IMG/VR virus record: IMGVR_UViG_3300017777_003723
Coordinates: 2,752-66,751 of that record
DNA: 64,000 nucleotides
Source of the DNA: a virus
Taxonomy: Duplodnaviria; Caudoviricetes
Strand: one strand, 5' to 3'
Positions 38,797-48,700 of the stretch are shown piece after piece. The notes below the pieces were generated by a model. It saw nothing but the letters and a program-made list of their open reading frames with translations, was not told the origin of the DNA and did not search any database. Positions within the stretch are counted from its first letter, which is position 1; the number at the start of each line of letters is the position of its first letter. The translations under genes were made by a program, and so were the position numbers.

Positions 38797-38828
38797 AAAT
38801 GGCGGATACCCTTCTCTCGAAGAGGTTG

Positions 38829-38840
38829 TGTAACGTTACA
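38829..38840. promoter_or_regulatory. Operator-like site TGTAACGTTACA (perfect)
   Basis: Intergenic, upstream of the scaffold gene. Confidence 0.8.
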
Positions 38841-38848
38841 TTTTGTGC

Positions 38849-39469
38849 TCAGTCACGAAGCTTGATGACGATGCCCCCGCTGTTGTAGTGGAGCCTCGCG
38901 TACCACTGATAGGCGTGGGTGGAGAACCACTCGGCGACCGCGCGCTGTACATCGTCTCCGTTGTAGTCGTCCACGAAGATGAACTTGGGGTCGGCGGTTG
39001 CAGCCAACTTCATGTCGGCCAATGCGTTCTCGTAGTCATGGGCCGCATCCACCACCACGAAGTCGGTGGCCGGAAGCTCCTTGAGGTCGCGGAGGTTCTG
39101 GATGCGAAGATGAGGGGTAGCAAAATGGCGCTTCTTCATCAGCTTCACGAAGACCCGGTACGGTTCCCACAACGCCCCGTCCGGCGTGGTGGCCGATTCA
39201 AACGTGTCGATCCCCGTGTAACTCGCACCGCTGGCGGATATGTAGGCGTCGGCAGCGGAGCCAGCACGGCAACCAAGCTCGATCATCGAAGCCGGCATAA
39301 GCGTCTTGGCCACCGCCCAGAAGCTCCGATACTTCTGCGTGAACTGCTCCTGGTTCTTTCGGTAGAACTCGCTGTCGTATTGCGTGAAGACGCTGTGCAG
39401 GTCGTCAGGCCGCCATTGGCACTGTTCCAGGTTCAGGTTGAACTCCGATTGAAACGCAGCTTTGGTCAT
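38849..39469 (-). CDS. Class I SAM-dependent methyltransferase (Methyltransf_24-like)
   Basis: IELGCRAG, YTGID, VVDAAHDYENALAD, FVDDY. Confidence 0.85.
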   Translation of the reverse strand: MTKAAFQSEFNLNLEQCQWRPDDLHSVFTQYDSEFYRKNQEQFTQKYRSFWAVAKTLMPASMIELGCRAGSAADAYISASGASYTGIDTFESATTPDGALWEPYRVFVKLMKKRHFATPHLRIQNLRDLKELPATDFVVVDAAHDYENALADMKLAATADPKFIFVDDYNGDDVQRAVAEWFSTHAYQWYARLHYNSGGIVIKLRD

Positions 39470-39852
39470 GGCCTGAAGGCAAGTTTACGGAACAGCATCT
39501 CAACGTCGGTGCCGGTGGCAGAGCTGAAGAAGTCGAGCATCGAGACGGCAGCCAAGTAGCGGCTCGCCTCATGGGCGTTGTCCATGGACTCATCCTCATG
39601 TCCAGACTGGCCCCCCCCCATGATAGAGATGTCGCTGCACCTCTCGGCCCCGGCCGTGGCTATCCTGACTTGGTAGTGGGCCTCAAGCACCGAACGGAAC
39701 ATCTGACCCGGTCGCAGGGTCAACCATTGCTGGATCTCCTTGACCTCCGCCGGGGTAAGCGGCTCCAGCCGCAATGCCGGCTGCAGGGTTGAGTGGCGCT
39801 TCCTGCTGGAAGCCTCCGGCATCACTTGCTCCTGCTGTTCCTGGTCCGCCAT
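39466..39852 (-). CDS. Small post-portal protein (128 aa), overlapping the portal 3' end
   Basis: Coupled to the methyltransferase start; its own start is uncertain. Confidence 0.6.
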   Translation of the reverse strand: MADQEQQEQVMPEASSRKRHSTLQPALRLEPLTPAEVKEIQQWLTLRPGQMFRSVLEAHYQVRIATAGAERCSDISIMGGGQSGHEDESMDNAHEASRYLAAVSMLDFFSSATGTDVEMLFRKLAFRP

Positions 39853-42127
39853 TTGTCAGTCCCTTGAGTGTTTCGATCAGCTTCGCCACGACTTGCTGGT
39901 TGCTCTGCCCGAGCGCCACGGACTGCTGCACGGCCTGAGCCAGCGGAGCGAACATCTTGTCGCTCACCTCTTTCATCATGCCCTCCGTGTTTGATTCGAT
40001 GGATTGCTCCACGAAAGCCCGGATCTGTTGTACCATCGCAGCCATCTGCTGCTGATGAGGGTCAGTTTGTGACGGGTCGGACTGTGACGTTACAGTACCC
40101 ATTTTCAAGCGGTAACTGCGCGGCAGCCCGGCCATCTCTGCCCATTGATTGAACAGGCCGACGAGCTGTTCCGGCCCCGCGGCTTGCGCGAGCTGCGGTA
40201 TCAGCGGGGCAAGCATCTGGACCATCTGGTTCGCTACGGCCCCGTTGTTGGAGCGGTTGGCCCCGTCACGGCTTGCTGCGAAATACTCCACCTGCATCGC
40301 CATCGCCGTCCGATTGCCGCTGACTTTGAAGTGATCGGATGAGGATTCAGCGTCGTTCACTGTGAGCCCCATCTTCTCCAACTGCTCCCTGGTGATGCGG
40401 TCCGCCGACACGTAACCGTAGACCTCCTCGCTCCCGTGCTCCATCGCACAGTAGTAGAGCTGCCTCTTCCACGCCTCGATAGCGCGGTCGATGGCAAGGC
40501 CGGTGTATTCAAGCCGGGTGGACGTGTTGGTGGCGATGAGCCTCACCTCCTCGGCGCTCTGCTCGTGGTTTGCCGCCGAACCGACCTCCTGGGAAGACAT
40601 CACAAAGCATCGCTCCATGATGTTCAAAGCCATGCTGATGGCGTTCATCACCCCTACCGTCTCTCGCTGCGGTAGCTGCACGGTATGGATCGACTCCGAT
40701 ATGTCCGTCTGCTGCGCCCGGAACCGCTTGCCGCTCATCGGCACCATCCGCAGCGTGTTGAACGACGTGTCGTTGATGTCCTTCAGCGAGCTGATGACCT
40801 TCTCGTCCACCATGTCCGAGTCGTAGAACGTCAGGTTGGCAAAGTTCTGGCGCACCGACACGACCAACTGCGTGAGCAGGTTGCTGACGAGGTATTCCCA
40901 CGGAGCCGCCTCCTGGATGAGCGACGGCGAGATAAGCCGGGAATCATCAGGGTCGTACCCCCAGTAAGTGATCCCGCACGTCGTGAGCGGTTCGCAGTAG
41001 AGGACGGTGTTGTCCGCCGCCACCAAAAACCGGAACCACACCGGGCTATCGTAGTTACCCAAGCCGTAATCGGACGGGATGATCCGCTCGTGGTGTTCAG
41101 TGACCACCACTCCGGAGTCCTCGTATGACGAGCTGAACATGGTCATGTTCTTCTGCTCGCGGTCGTTCTCGCTAAAGCCGGGGCTCAAGTGAGGCGGCTG
41201 CAACGTGCATGGGTAGACCGTGTCGAAATAGACGCTGTGCGCTGACTTCCAGTCCGCCCCGAGGTGGATGGCTTCCGTGTTCCAAAGTTCCGTCGAACCC
41301 ATGAGGTCGCGGTACGGGATGATCCGCCAGTAGCCGGCAAACTGACACCCGGTGTCCGTGTTGAAGCTGGAGATCGGGTGGGACAAGTCGTAGTACGCTC
41401 GCGCCGGATGCGGAAGGCGGTATCGGACCCCCTCCTTCACCAACTCGCCATCCTGCTCCTCCTTGAACCAGCTCTCCTGCGGGAACATGAGCTGGTTCGG
41501 GTACTGGCAACACTTGAGGATGGCCTGCTGCAGCAAGTTCCGGTAATCGAACCAGGTCGAAACCGTCTCCACGTAATCGGTGAGCAACTCGCACCGAGCC
41601 ATGTTCTGGGGCGTGGATTTGCGCGCGTCGTACTTGAACAACGGATACTGCATCCGGTCGTTGGTCAACTTGGCCACGCGGGTCTTCGTGGTGGAAGCCG
41701 CCAACGGGACGATGACGTTCAAGAACCGAGGAAGGTTCAGCACCTTCTCGGTCTTGTTGGTCTTCGGATCTGTCCTGTCCACGAGGAGGTGGGTAAGTGC
41801 CCACTCCTCCACGATCTTCTTGTTGCCATCCTTGCTAAAGTCGCGGCCCGCCAAAGTCCGCATCAACGCTGCATCCTGCGCCCGCATCGGAGTCTCCCAC
41901 AACAAGTCGATGGCGTGATAGACCTTGTAGTTGTCGAAGTTGAAGTTTCTCCCCTGCTGGATGCGGTCAAAGATACGGCTCGTCAGCTTCTTGATTTTGC
42001 CGTCCTTGTCTGCATAGGCGCGAGCAAACTTGGCCTTCAGGGTTTCCTGGGTGATTTTGGCCTTCTCTAGTTTGGCGAGGCTGACGGGCATCGTGTCGTG
42101 GTGTAGACCGCGTTCACTCAGCGGCAA
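39683..42127 (-). CDS. Probable portal protein (~800 aa; start may be ATG42091)
   Basis: Size, position before the scaffold, and Gln-rich C-terminal barrel-like region. Confidence 0.78.
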   Translation of the reverse strand: MPLSERGLHHDTMPVSLAKLEKAKITQETLKAKFARAYADKDGKIKKLTSRIFDRIQQGRNFNFDNYKVYHAIDLLWETPMRAQDAALMRTLAGRDFSKDGNKKIVEEWALTHLLVDRTDPKTNKTEKVLNLPRFLNVIVPLAASTTKTRVAKLTNDRMQYPLFKYDARKSTPQNMARCELLTDYVETVSTWFDYRNLLQQAILKCCQYPNQLMFPQESWFKEEQDGELVKEGVRYRLPHPARAYYDLSHPISSFNTDTGCQFAGYWRIIPYRDLMGSTELWNTEAIHLGADWKSAHSVYFDTVYPCTLQPPHLSPGFSENDREQKNMTMFSSSYEDSGVVVTEHHERIIPSDYGLGNYDSPVWFRFLVAADNTVLYCEPLTTCGITYWGYDPDDSRLISPSLIQEAAPWEYLVSNLLTQLVVSVRQNFANLTFYDSDMVDEKVISSLKDINDTSFNTLRMVPMSGKRFRAQQTDISESIHTVQLPQRETVGVMNAISMALNIMERCFVMSSQEVGSAANHEQSAEEVRLIATNTSTRLEYTGLAIDRAIEAWKRQLYYCAMEHGSEEVYGYVSADRITREQLEKMGLTVNDAESSSDHFKVSGNRTAMAMQVEYFAASRDGANRSNNGAVANQMVQMLAPLIPQLAQAAGPEQLVGLFNQWAEMAGLPRSYRLKMGTVTSQSDPSQTDPHQQQMAAMVQQIRAFVEQSIESNTEGMMKEVSDKMFAPLAQAVQQSVALGQSNQQVVAKLIETLKGLTNGGPGTAGASDAGGFQQEAPLNPAAGIAAGAAYPGGGQGDPAMVDPATGSDVPFGA
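40083..40094. promoter_or_regulatory. Operator-like site TGTGACGTTACA (intragenic)
   Basis: 1 mismatch; inside the portal CDS. Confidence 0.55.
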
Positions 42128-42763
42128 TCACTGGGCGACCTTGACCTTGTAGGTCGCACTTGCCGGGTCGATGGTCCCGGCAGTCGTATTGAAAGCCCTC
42201 ACAGTGACGGTGCCCGTCGCTGAGACAAAGGCCGAGAACACGATTCCGGAGGTGGGTGCAGCCGGCAAGCCGATCATCACAGAGTCGTTCACGGCCGCAC
42301 CAGCGACCGCGATGGTCAGGTCTGCCGATGCCAACGTGGCCATCGACGGGAAGTCCAGAGCCGCAGAGGCTGTGATGATGCGAGGCGCTGAGATCGGGTT
42401 CTGGTACAGACGTTCCACTTTGACGACCTGGTAGGCGTCCGTGGTGAACTTGTCGAAGTAGAACCGGTTCGCGTTGGTGACGTAGCTCGCGGCAACCAGT
42501 GATACCGAATTGTCCGCATAGAGCATCGACAACGTCCCGCTAGAGGAAGCCGGCAGCGTTGTGACACCGCCAGCAAACTCGAAGAGAGAGCCATCCGGCT
42601 TGACCGTGAGAAACGGAAGGATCTGCACCTTCAGTGTGCCCTGGATTGAGTAGGCCAGAGGTGCGCCAGGCGTCTGCCCGAAAGCGCTACCGAGCCCGGT
42701 GATGAGGAAAGCTGCGGCAATCAAGAGCCGCACAGCGAACGAGAGGATTGACTTGGACTTCAT
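42128..42763 (-). CDS. Signal-peptide-bearing protein with C-terminal phage beta-sandwich domain (211 aa)
   Basis: MKSKSILSFAVRLLIAAAFLITGLGSAFG signal; LDFPSMA...VTVRAFN...DPASATY domain. Confidence 0.75.
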   Translation of the reverse strand: MKSKSILSFAVRLLIAAAFLITGLGSAFGQTPGAPLAYSIQGTLKVQILPFLTVKPDGSLFEFAGGVTTLPASSSGTLSMLYADNSVSLVAASYVTNANRFYFDKFTTDAYQVVKVERLYQNPISAPRIITASAALDFPSMATLASADLTIAVAGAAVNDSVMIGLPAAPTSGIVFSAFVSATGTVTVRAFNTTAGTIDPASATYKVKVAQ

Positions 42764-42822
42764 GGTCTTGGTTGGTTGGTCAGTTGGTCAGTTGGTTGGT
42801 GTGTCGATGTTTGCTGCTCTGT

Positions 42823-42834
42823 TGTATCGTTACA
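42823..42834. promoter_or_regulatory. Operator-like site TGTATCGTTACA
   Basis: 1 mismatch; intergenic. Confidence 0.75.
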
Positions 42835-42928
42835 GCGCTACGAGTCAACAAGGGATGAGCTGCGACCGAAGATTGCAGATCAGCGCATCGCGGGCGGGGC
42901 TGGTATGGTCTTGTTGAGCTGGCATCCA

Positions 42929-43375
42929 CTAGTAAAGTACCCAGTCCAGACCAATAGCGCCATCAGCGACAGCCTCCTTGAAAGAGGCCAGGGTTTGCGT
43001 TTGGGGTTCATAGGCGAGTAGTTCTCCGGTGTCCAAGAGGACGGCGTTGGTCAGATGGGTTCCCGGCCCAGGCAGCCCGTTGAAGGTGCTGGACGGATAG
43101 ATGGTGATCTTTGCCACGGCGAAGGCGACCCCAGCCTTCGAGTCCGAAAGACCGTTGGCGTAGCCGGCCATCGCCTTGGCGAACATGGACCAGTCATCGC
43201 AATCCACGGCCTCGGCGAAGCCGGGTAGCTGGAGGCCCGAAAGGTATCCCGAGAAATCATTCTCCAGCCAAGCGCGGGATGGGCAGTTCACCTCGGAGTC
43301 GAGAGCAGGCAGCAGCTCGGTGAACCCCTCGGCGACCAGGGCTTCGCGGAACACTTTGGATGGGACCGTTTTCAT
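42929..43375 (-). CDS. Papain/transglutaminase-like cysteine peptidase (DCDD...H...EPQ)
   Basis: VDCDDWS, GTHLTN and YEPQT provide a putative Cys-His-Glu triad; directly after the spanins. Confidence 0.7.
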   Translation of the reverse strand: MKTVPSKVFREALVAEGFTELLPALDSEVNCPSRAWLENDFSGYLSGLQLPGFAEAVDCDDWSMFAKAMAGYANGLSDSKAGVAFAVAKITIYPSSTFNGLPGPGTHLTNAVLLDTGELLAYEPQTQTLASFKEAVADGAIGLDWVLY

Positions 43376-43623
43376 TTGGTCTCGATGGACTCCACAATCT
43401 TGTCGGCCACGGCGCGTCGGTAGCGCATGTAGAGTGCATCGCTCATGTACCAGCCATCTTTGTCGGGCGTGAAGACGGTCGCAGCCTTGATCCGGACCAC
43501 CGCATCGTCACTTGCCACGATCACGACCTGCCTTCGAGCGCAGCCGCTCAAGAGTATCGAGGTCAGCGAGGCCGCTAGCAGAAGCATCCGGAGCGGTTCC
43601 AGTCGGGGTCGAGGCGATGTCAT
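43372..43623 (-). CDS. Putative o-spanin (Rz1-like lipoprotein)
   Basis: Lipobox LLSG-C after a hydrophobic segment; overlaps the i-spanin. Confidence 0.75.
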   Translation of the reverse strand: MTSPRPRLEPLRMLLLAASLTSILLSGCARRQVVIVASDDAVVRIKAATVFTPDKDGWYMSDALYMRYRRAVADKIVESIETK

Positions 43624-43759
43624 TGGCAGCAATGTCGATACGTCGTTGTCGGGCGGTCTCGGGGTCTTCAGCCCTGTCTTGGCGGCTCTTGATCCACCGC
43701 GCAAGAGCAGGAGATAGAGCCGCCAAGATGCTCAAAAAAGCCCCGATGATGGTGGTCAC
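43508..43759 (-). CDS. Putative i-spanin (Rz-like)
   Basis: N-terminal transmembrane segment plus charged helix; overlapped by the lipoprotein gene. Confidence 0.7.
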   Translation of the reverse strand: MTTIIGAFLSILAALSPALARWIKSRQDRAEDPETARQRRIDIAANDIASTPTGTAPDASASGLADLDTLERLRSKAGRDRGK

Positions 43760-43935
43760 ACTTTGTTCGCCGTGGCCTTACGGGCGGCGAGGTAGCCCCA
43801 GAACACGGAGACGATGCCGGCCACCGCACCAACGAGGGTCTCTGCGCCGGCGGAATCAGTAAAACCTTTGGCGACGAGAGCACCGGCACCAATCTTCAGG
43901 ATGGACCGGATGAAGGACTGAGTCGTTTCGTTCAT
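43756..43935 (-). CDS. Small two-TM holin-like protein (59 aa, absent from the ORF track)
   Basis: Manual translation MNETTQSFIRSILKIGAGALVAKGFTDSAGAETLVGAVAGIVSVFWGYLAARKATANKV. Confidence 0.75.
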   Translation of the reverse strand: MNETTQSFIRSILKIGAGALVAKGFTDSAGAETLVGAVAGIVSVFWGYLAARKATANKV

Positions 43936-44165
43936 TTTTTGTTTTTGTTGAGTGTTTTATTGCGGTCGAGGAGGTCTTTTTTGAGCCGGACAACGTACCA
44001 AATGAGCCCTACGACGGCGGCGCATAGGCCGACGATATGGGTGGCGAAAGTGACAATCACGTCGGCGCTGTGCAGCGTCGCCAGGACGCTGCCTCCACCG
44101 ACCGGCAGAGATGCTTTGAAAGTGTCCATCACGAAGACTCCCCAGGGCTTGTTTCCAGTATCCAT
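43932..44165 (-). CDS. Holin/antiholin-like membrane protein (77 aa)
   Basis: TM HIVGLCAAVVGLIWYVV followed by a basic tail. Confidence 0.65.
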   Translation of the reverse strand: MDTGNKPWGVFVMDTFKASLPVGGGSVLATLHSADVIVTFATHIVGLCAAVVGLIWYVVRLKKDLLDRNKTLNKNKK

Positions 44166-44222
44166 TGAATCCTCCTTTTGTTGTTTCTGTGCGGCACGGC
44201 CCGCTCACGGACCCGTGCTGTT

Positions 44223-44540
44223 TTACGGTACGCTGGGAAGAGGCATAGGCACGGGGTAGGACGGAATCTTCCTCGCCTCTTCATCGGCGTCGGCGAGCGC
44301 GTGGGCAAACTGGCTGACCTTGCTCCACATCTCGTCGCCGAGAAATGGCTGCAACTGGGCCTCGTTAGCGGAAACTTGGAAGAAGTTCTTCGCCTCGTTG
44401 GTGCCGTCCGCGTACACGACGGCTTCGGAGTACCGGAAGATCCCGCTCACGGCCCGGTCGAACGGGCGGATGGTGATCTCGATGGCGACGAGCTTACGAG
44501 CCCTGTCGATTTCTTCCCGCAGTGGTAGTTCTTTGGGCAT
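44223..44540 (-). CDS. Hypothetical protein (105 aa), possibly tail-fibre associated
   Basis: ORF downstream of the fibre and glycosyltransferase genes. Confidence 0.6.
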   Translation of the reverse strand: MPKELPLREEIDRARKLVAIEITIRPFDRAVSGIFRYSEAVVYADGTNEAKNFFQVSANEAQLQPFLGDEMWSKVSQFAHALADADEEARKIPSYPVPMPLPSVP

Positions 44541-44552
44541 ATTGACTCCTCC

Positions 44553-44780
44553 TCACTCGGCACGGCTCGGCTGGGCAGCTTGGGCCTCCAACATCTCGAT
44601 GTGGCGCAAGACACCCTGGAGGTGGGCGAACGCGGTCTGATGCTCGGCGCGGGTCAGCGGAGCTTTCTGAAGGAATCCATCCAGGGCATTGATTGCGTCG
44701 AAGATGGCGGGCGTGACCTGCGGAAGGCGCTGCGCCTGCTGCTGGGGTTGTTGGGACTGTGGGGCTATGTTTTCGCTCAT
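44553..44780 (-). CDS. Hypothetical protein (75 aa)
   Basis: Preceded by GAGGAG. Confidence 0.6.
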   Translation of the reverse strand: MSENIAPQSQQPQQQAQRLPQVTPAIFDAINALDGFLQKAPLTRAEHQTAFAHLQGVLRHIEMLEAQAAQPSRAE

Positions 44781-44797
44781 GTTCTGCTGTGTTGTTG

Positions 44798-45736
44798 TTA
44801 CTGACCGGACAATTCCAAAGCTGCGAGAAGCTCCCGCCTCATGCGGGCTTTGGTAAAATGTGCCACCGAAGCGGCGGCTGCAACTTGTTTAACTTTGAGG
44901 CCGGGGTCGTTTAAGGCGAAGCGAAGCACTTCTTCTGCTTCTTCTATCTTCACGTCTGCCCATTTGCCCAATCCAACTGCGAAGTAACCGCTGGCAAAAA
45001 CCTCGGTATGCGGAATGATGTACGAGTTCTCTGGCGTCACAAAGTCAACTAGCCCGCCGTGGCAAGGGGTGACCAATGGGAGGCCATGTGCCAGCGCCTT
45101 GTGCTGGAAAAGCCCCCAGCCTTCTCCACTGCAAAGATTCAGGAAAAGTTTCCCCGAACGGAACCATGCTTCGTGGTCTTCGGTTGAAGCCCAAGTGAAG
45201 TCCATCTTGTCGCCGCACCCGGGAAAAACAGATGGGTCGTCCGAACGGACCGAATAAGCCTCTCCGGTGGCGTGCAGCAGATCCACCACCTTGTCCAATC
45301 GCTTGCGGAAGATCGGTGACGCAGCTCCACCCGCCAGCAACTTGTCCCTGCTGCCTGGACCTTCGATGATCTCAACGTAGGGAGGCACCACATGGGCGGT
45401 GATGCCCGCTTCGGCGAAGACATCGCGACACCAGGTGCATGGCACCATGACGACATCGAAGCGTCGCAGGAATTCGGCCTGCCTTTTGTTCAAGCAGTCC
45501 GTCTCCCACATGGTGTAGATGGCGGTTTTGTTTCCCTTGCGGGCGGCTGGATAGTCGGAACTTCCGTAACCCATGGGAACCACGTACAGCTCCACCGCGG
45601 GTTCGGCGACAAGGTTGTGAGGATTGAAGAGTCCGACAGACCCGGCAAGCCTATCGCCAAGCGCCGCTTCGATGCAACGAAGCACGTCGCCATAGCCTCC
45701 TGGGTTGTCTCGTCCTATGAGCACTATTTCGTTCAT
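44798..45736 (-). CDS. GT4-type glycosyltransferase (312 aa)
   Basis: IYTMWET and SGEGWGLFQHKALAHG; paralogous to the N-terminal domain of 29900-32341. Confidence 0.85.
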   Translation of the reverse strand: MNEIVLIGRDNPGGYGDVLRCIEAALGDRLAGSVGLFNPHNLVAEPAVELYVVPMGYGSSDYPAARKGNKTAIYTMWETDCLNKRQAEFLRRFDVVMVPCTWCRDVFAEAGITAHVVPPYVEIIEGPGSRDKLLAGGAASPIFRKRLDKVVDLLHATGEAYSVRSDDPSVFPGCGDKMDFTWASTEDHEAWFRSGKLFLNLCSGEGWGLFQHKALAHGLPLVTPCHGGLVDFVTPENSYIIPHTEVFASGYFAVGLGKWADVKIEEAEEVLRFALNDPGLKVKQVAAAASVAHFTKARMRRELLAALELSGQ

Positions 45737-45742
45737 GTCTTT

Positions 45743-48700
45743 TTAGTTATAGAGTGCAACCTTATACGCTACGGTGCCGACGGTAATGACACAGAATTTC
45801 TGTATTTGGAAAGAGCCAGTGCCTCCGGGGACCTCTGTGACACCTAAAGCTAATTGTCCGTTTAGGGCTGTGTCACCGCTGACGGAAAGCCTCTTACCGG
45901 AGGCAGCAGCTGTGCCTATGCCAACATTGGTACCATCATCTCGGATGACGCTGGATGTCAGCGCCGTACCTGATGTGAACCGAGCGACATACCCGGCCGC
46001 ACCAGTAAGCCCAGCGCCGTCTCCGGTGTTCGTGCCGGACAGGTTCGAGCCGGTGACGGTGCCCGATGCCACCACCGACGTGGGAGTGATGGCCCCGAGC
46101 GTGAGCGTGATGGCTGGCGTGGTCGTGTTGGTAGCAACCGAACCTGTAATGCCGTTTGCACTGGAGACAGAGACGAGCGTGACCGTGCCTGCACTGGGTG
46201 TCGTCCACGTCGGAGCACTTGCCCCACCAGAAGTAAGCACCTGTCCAGAAGTGCCGGCGGCCGTGATTGCAGTCGCACCGACGCCGGATTGGTAATGGAC
46301 GCCTCCTGCAACGCCGCCTGCGATGTTGGTCGCCGTGGTCGCGGATGCGGCGGTGCCTGAGATGCTGATGCCCCAAGTACCGCTTGCGTCTCCGCCCGTG
46401 CGGGTTGGCACATTAAGCGAAGCCCTAAATCCTGTGGCGTTATTCTTACGAATATAGTCATCGCCCGATGAGTAGAATACCGTGTCTCCTGTCGCACCGC
46501 TGGCTCCGTGCGACATATTCAGGTAAACGAAAAAACCGTATGTACCAATAATGTTTCCGCTGTGGTCGCGGTAAACAATCGTGTGGGCGGTCGCCGCCGT
46601 CGTGGGGTTGTTGAAGCCGCTGATAGAACCAGCAGTGCCACCGATGCTCAAACTCGAAGCGGTGCCGGTGAGTCCGGTGCCTGCCCCTGAGATTGTCGTA
46701 GCCGTGAGTCCTCCAACAAGCGTTAGCCCTCCAGCCGTGCTCAACGTCATCGCCAGCACAGTCGCTTGCGTGTTGGTTGATTTCTGCCCGTTGTAGAAGA
46801 ATGTTTGTCCGCTACTATCCGTAAAAATGTACGTGGTTCCGTGTATTGTGCCGCTTCCAGTCCATCGGCGAAGGTCCAGCCCCGGTTCAGCAACTCCGTT
46901 GAGAGAAGCTCCGATGATAGCTCCTCCGCCTTCTCCGGTGTACGTCGCGTGAACGGCCCAAACTGACCCTTTAGCATGGACAGGAAAGTAAGGCGTCCCT
47001 ACACCAACGCCGATACCTGCCGTGTTGATTCTGGCTCCGGCAACACCCGCTACGACCAATGCCAAAGTCCCGGCTGCGGTACGAGCGATGCCTGTGCTGG
47101 TCTCGCCGTAGAACGAGTAACCGGGTGCTGCCAAGGTTCCGTCCGACCATTTGATTTGGTAACCGGAGCCGCTCAAGAGATGGCCCGATAGCGTGCCTCC
47201 AGTCAGCGGAAGGGCGTAGCTGGAGTAGTTGTTGCTTCCTAAGATCGTATGCCAAGCGGTGTAAGATCCACTGCCTCCTACGTTGGTCGGGTTGCCGCTG
47301 CGGGTGTAGAGAGCGCCTGCAGCGTAGTCTCCGTAGATTTGAGTAATTGTGTCCGCTCCCCCTTGGATCACCAACAACTGACCCCATGAGAGAGAATTGG
47401 GGCGGTTCGCTTCGGTGTTTTGGATGCGATAAGAACCAGCAGCAGTCAGCGTGTTGAGGTCGACACCGGGAATACCGCCGACCTTCATGGCATTAGCCAA
47501 CCTCGCCGAAGGAATGGTACCGGCGTTCAGGTTGCCGGCGTCTTGGTAGAAGCTACCGAGCTGCCCATTCAGGTACTGGACGTTGAGATTCGAGACGAGC
47601 GTTGTCGAAGCAACTACCAACGGAGCCGTACCGGTAGCTACCGACGAATAGAACTGGTCCGTTGTTCCAATCCCACGCGCCACCGATAGAGTTTTCGTGG
47701 TGCCTGTACCGACAACAGCGCCTACGACAATCGGAGCCGTAAAGGCCGGACAATCAGGGCCGTAAGCGTAGATTGAGATAGGCCCGGCGCTGGTGACATC
47801 CGAGACGTAGATGTCCAGGTATCCTGCTGCGTCGCCGGAATTACCAGTGACTCGGACTTGAGATACAATGTATGCACCGTACACACCGCCCTTGACGATG
47901 CTTATCTGACCTGACTGTCCCCAGCCGTTGGAGTTCCATACTAACTCCAGATTGTCCCACTTGTTGTTGTAGGAGGCGATTATCCGAAGAACGCCGCCAC
48001 CGATGACGTAAGTAGTGAAGACCCGATACCAACCCACGGTGGTCGGGGTGAAGGTCGTGTATTTCTCGACAAACAGAGAGCCGTTGACTTGGCTTGAAAA
48101 GGTTCCCGTGGTCCCCGTGATACCGCTGGAGGCCGTGATGGCTCCCAGCACGTCCAAAGCTACGGTCGGGGTCTTGCCGATGCCGACCCGCTTGCTGTTG
48201 TCGATACGGACCGCCATCCCTGAGGTCACGCCAAACTCAAGACCGTAGAGGTCAAAGCTCGGCCCAAACGCAATGTAACCAATGTCGGTAAAGTCAATCT
48301 TTCTACCCAACTTCCAGGTGGCGGTCTGCCAATCGCTGCCGTTGGCGTTCCGGATGAGGGTTGTCCGCAGACTATCGGCATTGCCGGTGGTCGCCGACTG
48401 CACCAACCCTAAAAGCGTGTTGCCTGCGGTTCCTCCTAGAGCCCCGAGAGGTTGAGATATGCCGCTTGAGACGGTCAAGCCGCTAGCATTTATGGTCGCG
48501 GCGCTGACTGTGCCGGTGAACGTAGGAGAAACTGTCCCAGAAGGACCGCCAGTGCCGCTTGACGTACCTCCAAGCAAAGTAGCTACACCAGTCCCAAGAC
48601 CCGTAAGGCTTCCGACGGCGGGAGTGATGGTGACATTCGACGCGGTGGTCGCACGCCCCTTGGCGTCGAAGTTTATCACCGGCACCTGCGTTGAGCTTCC

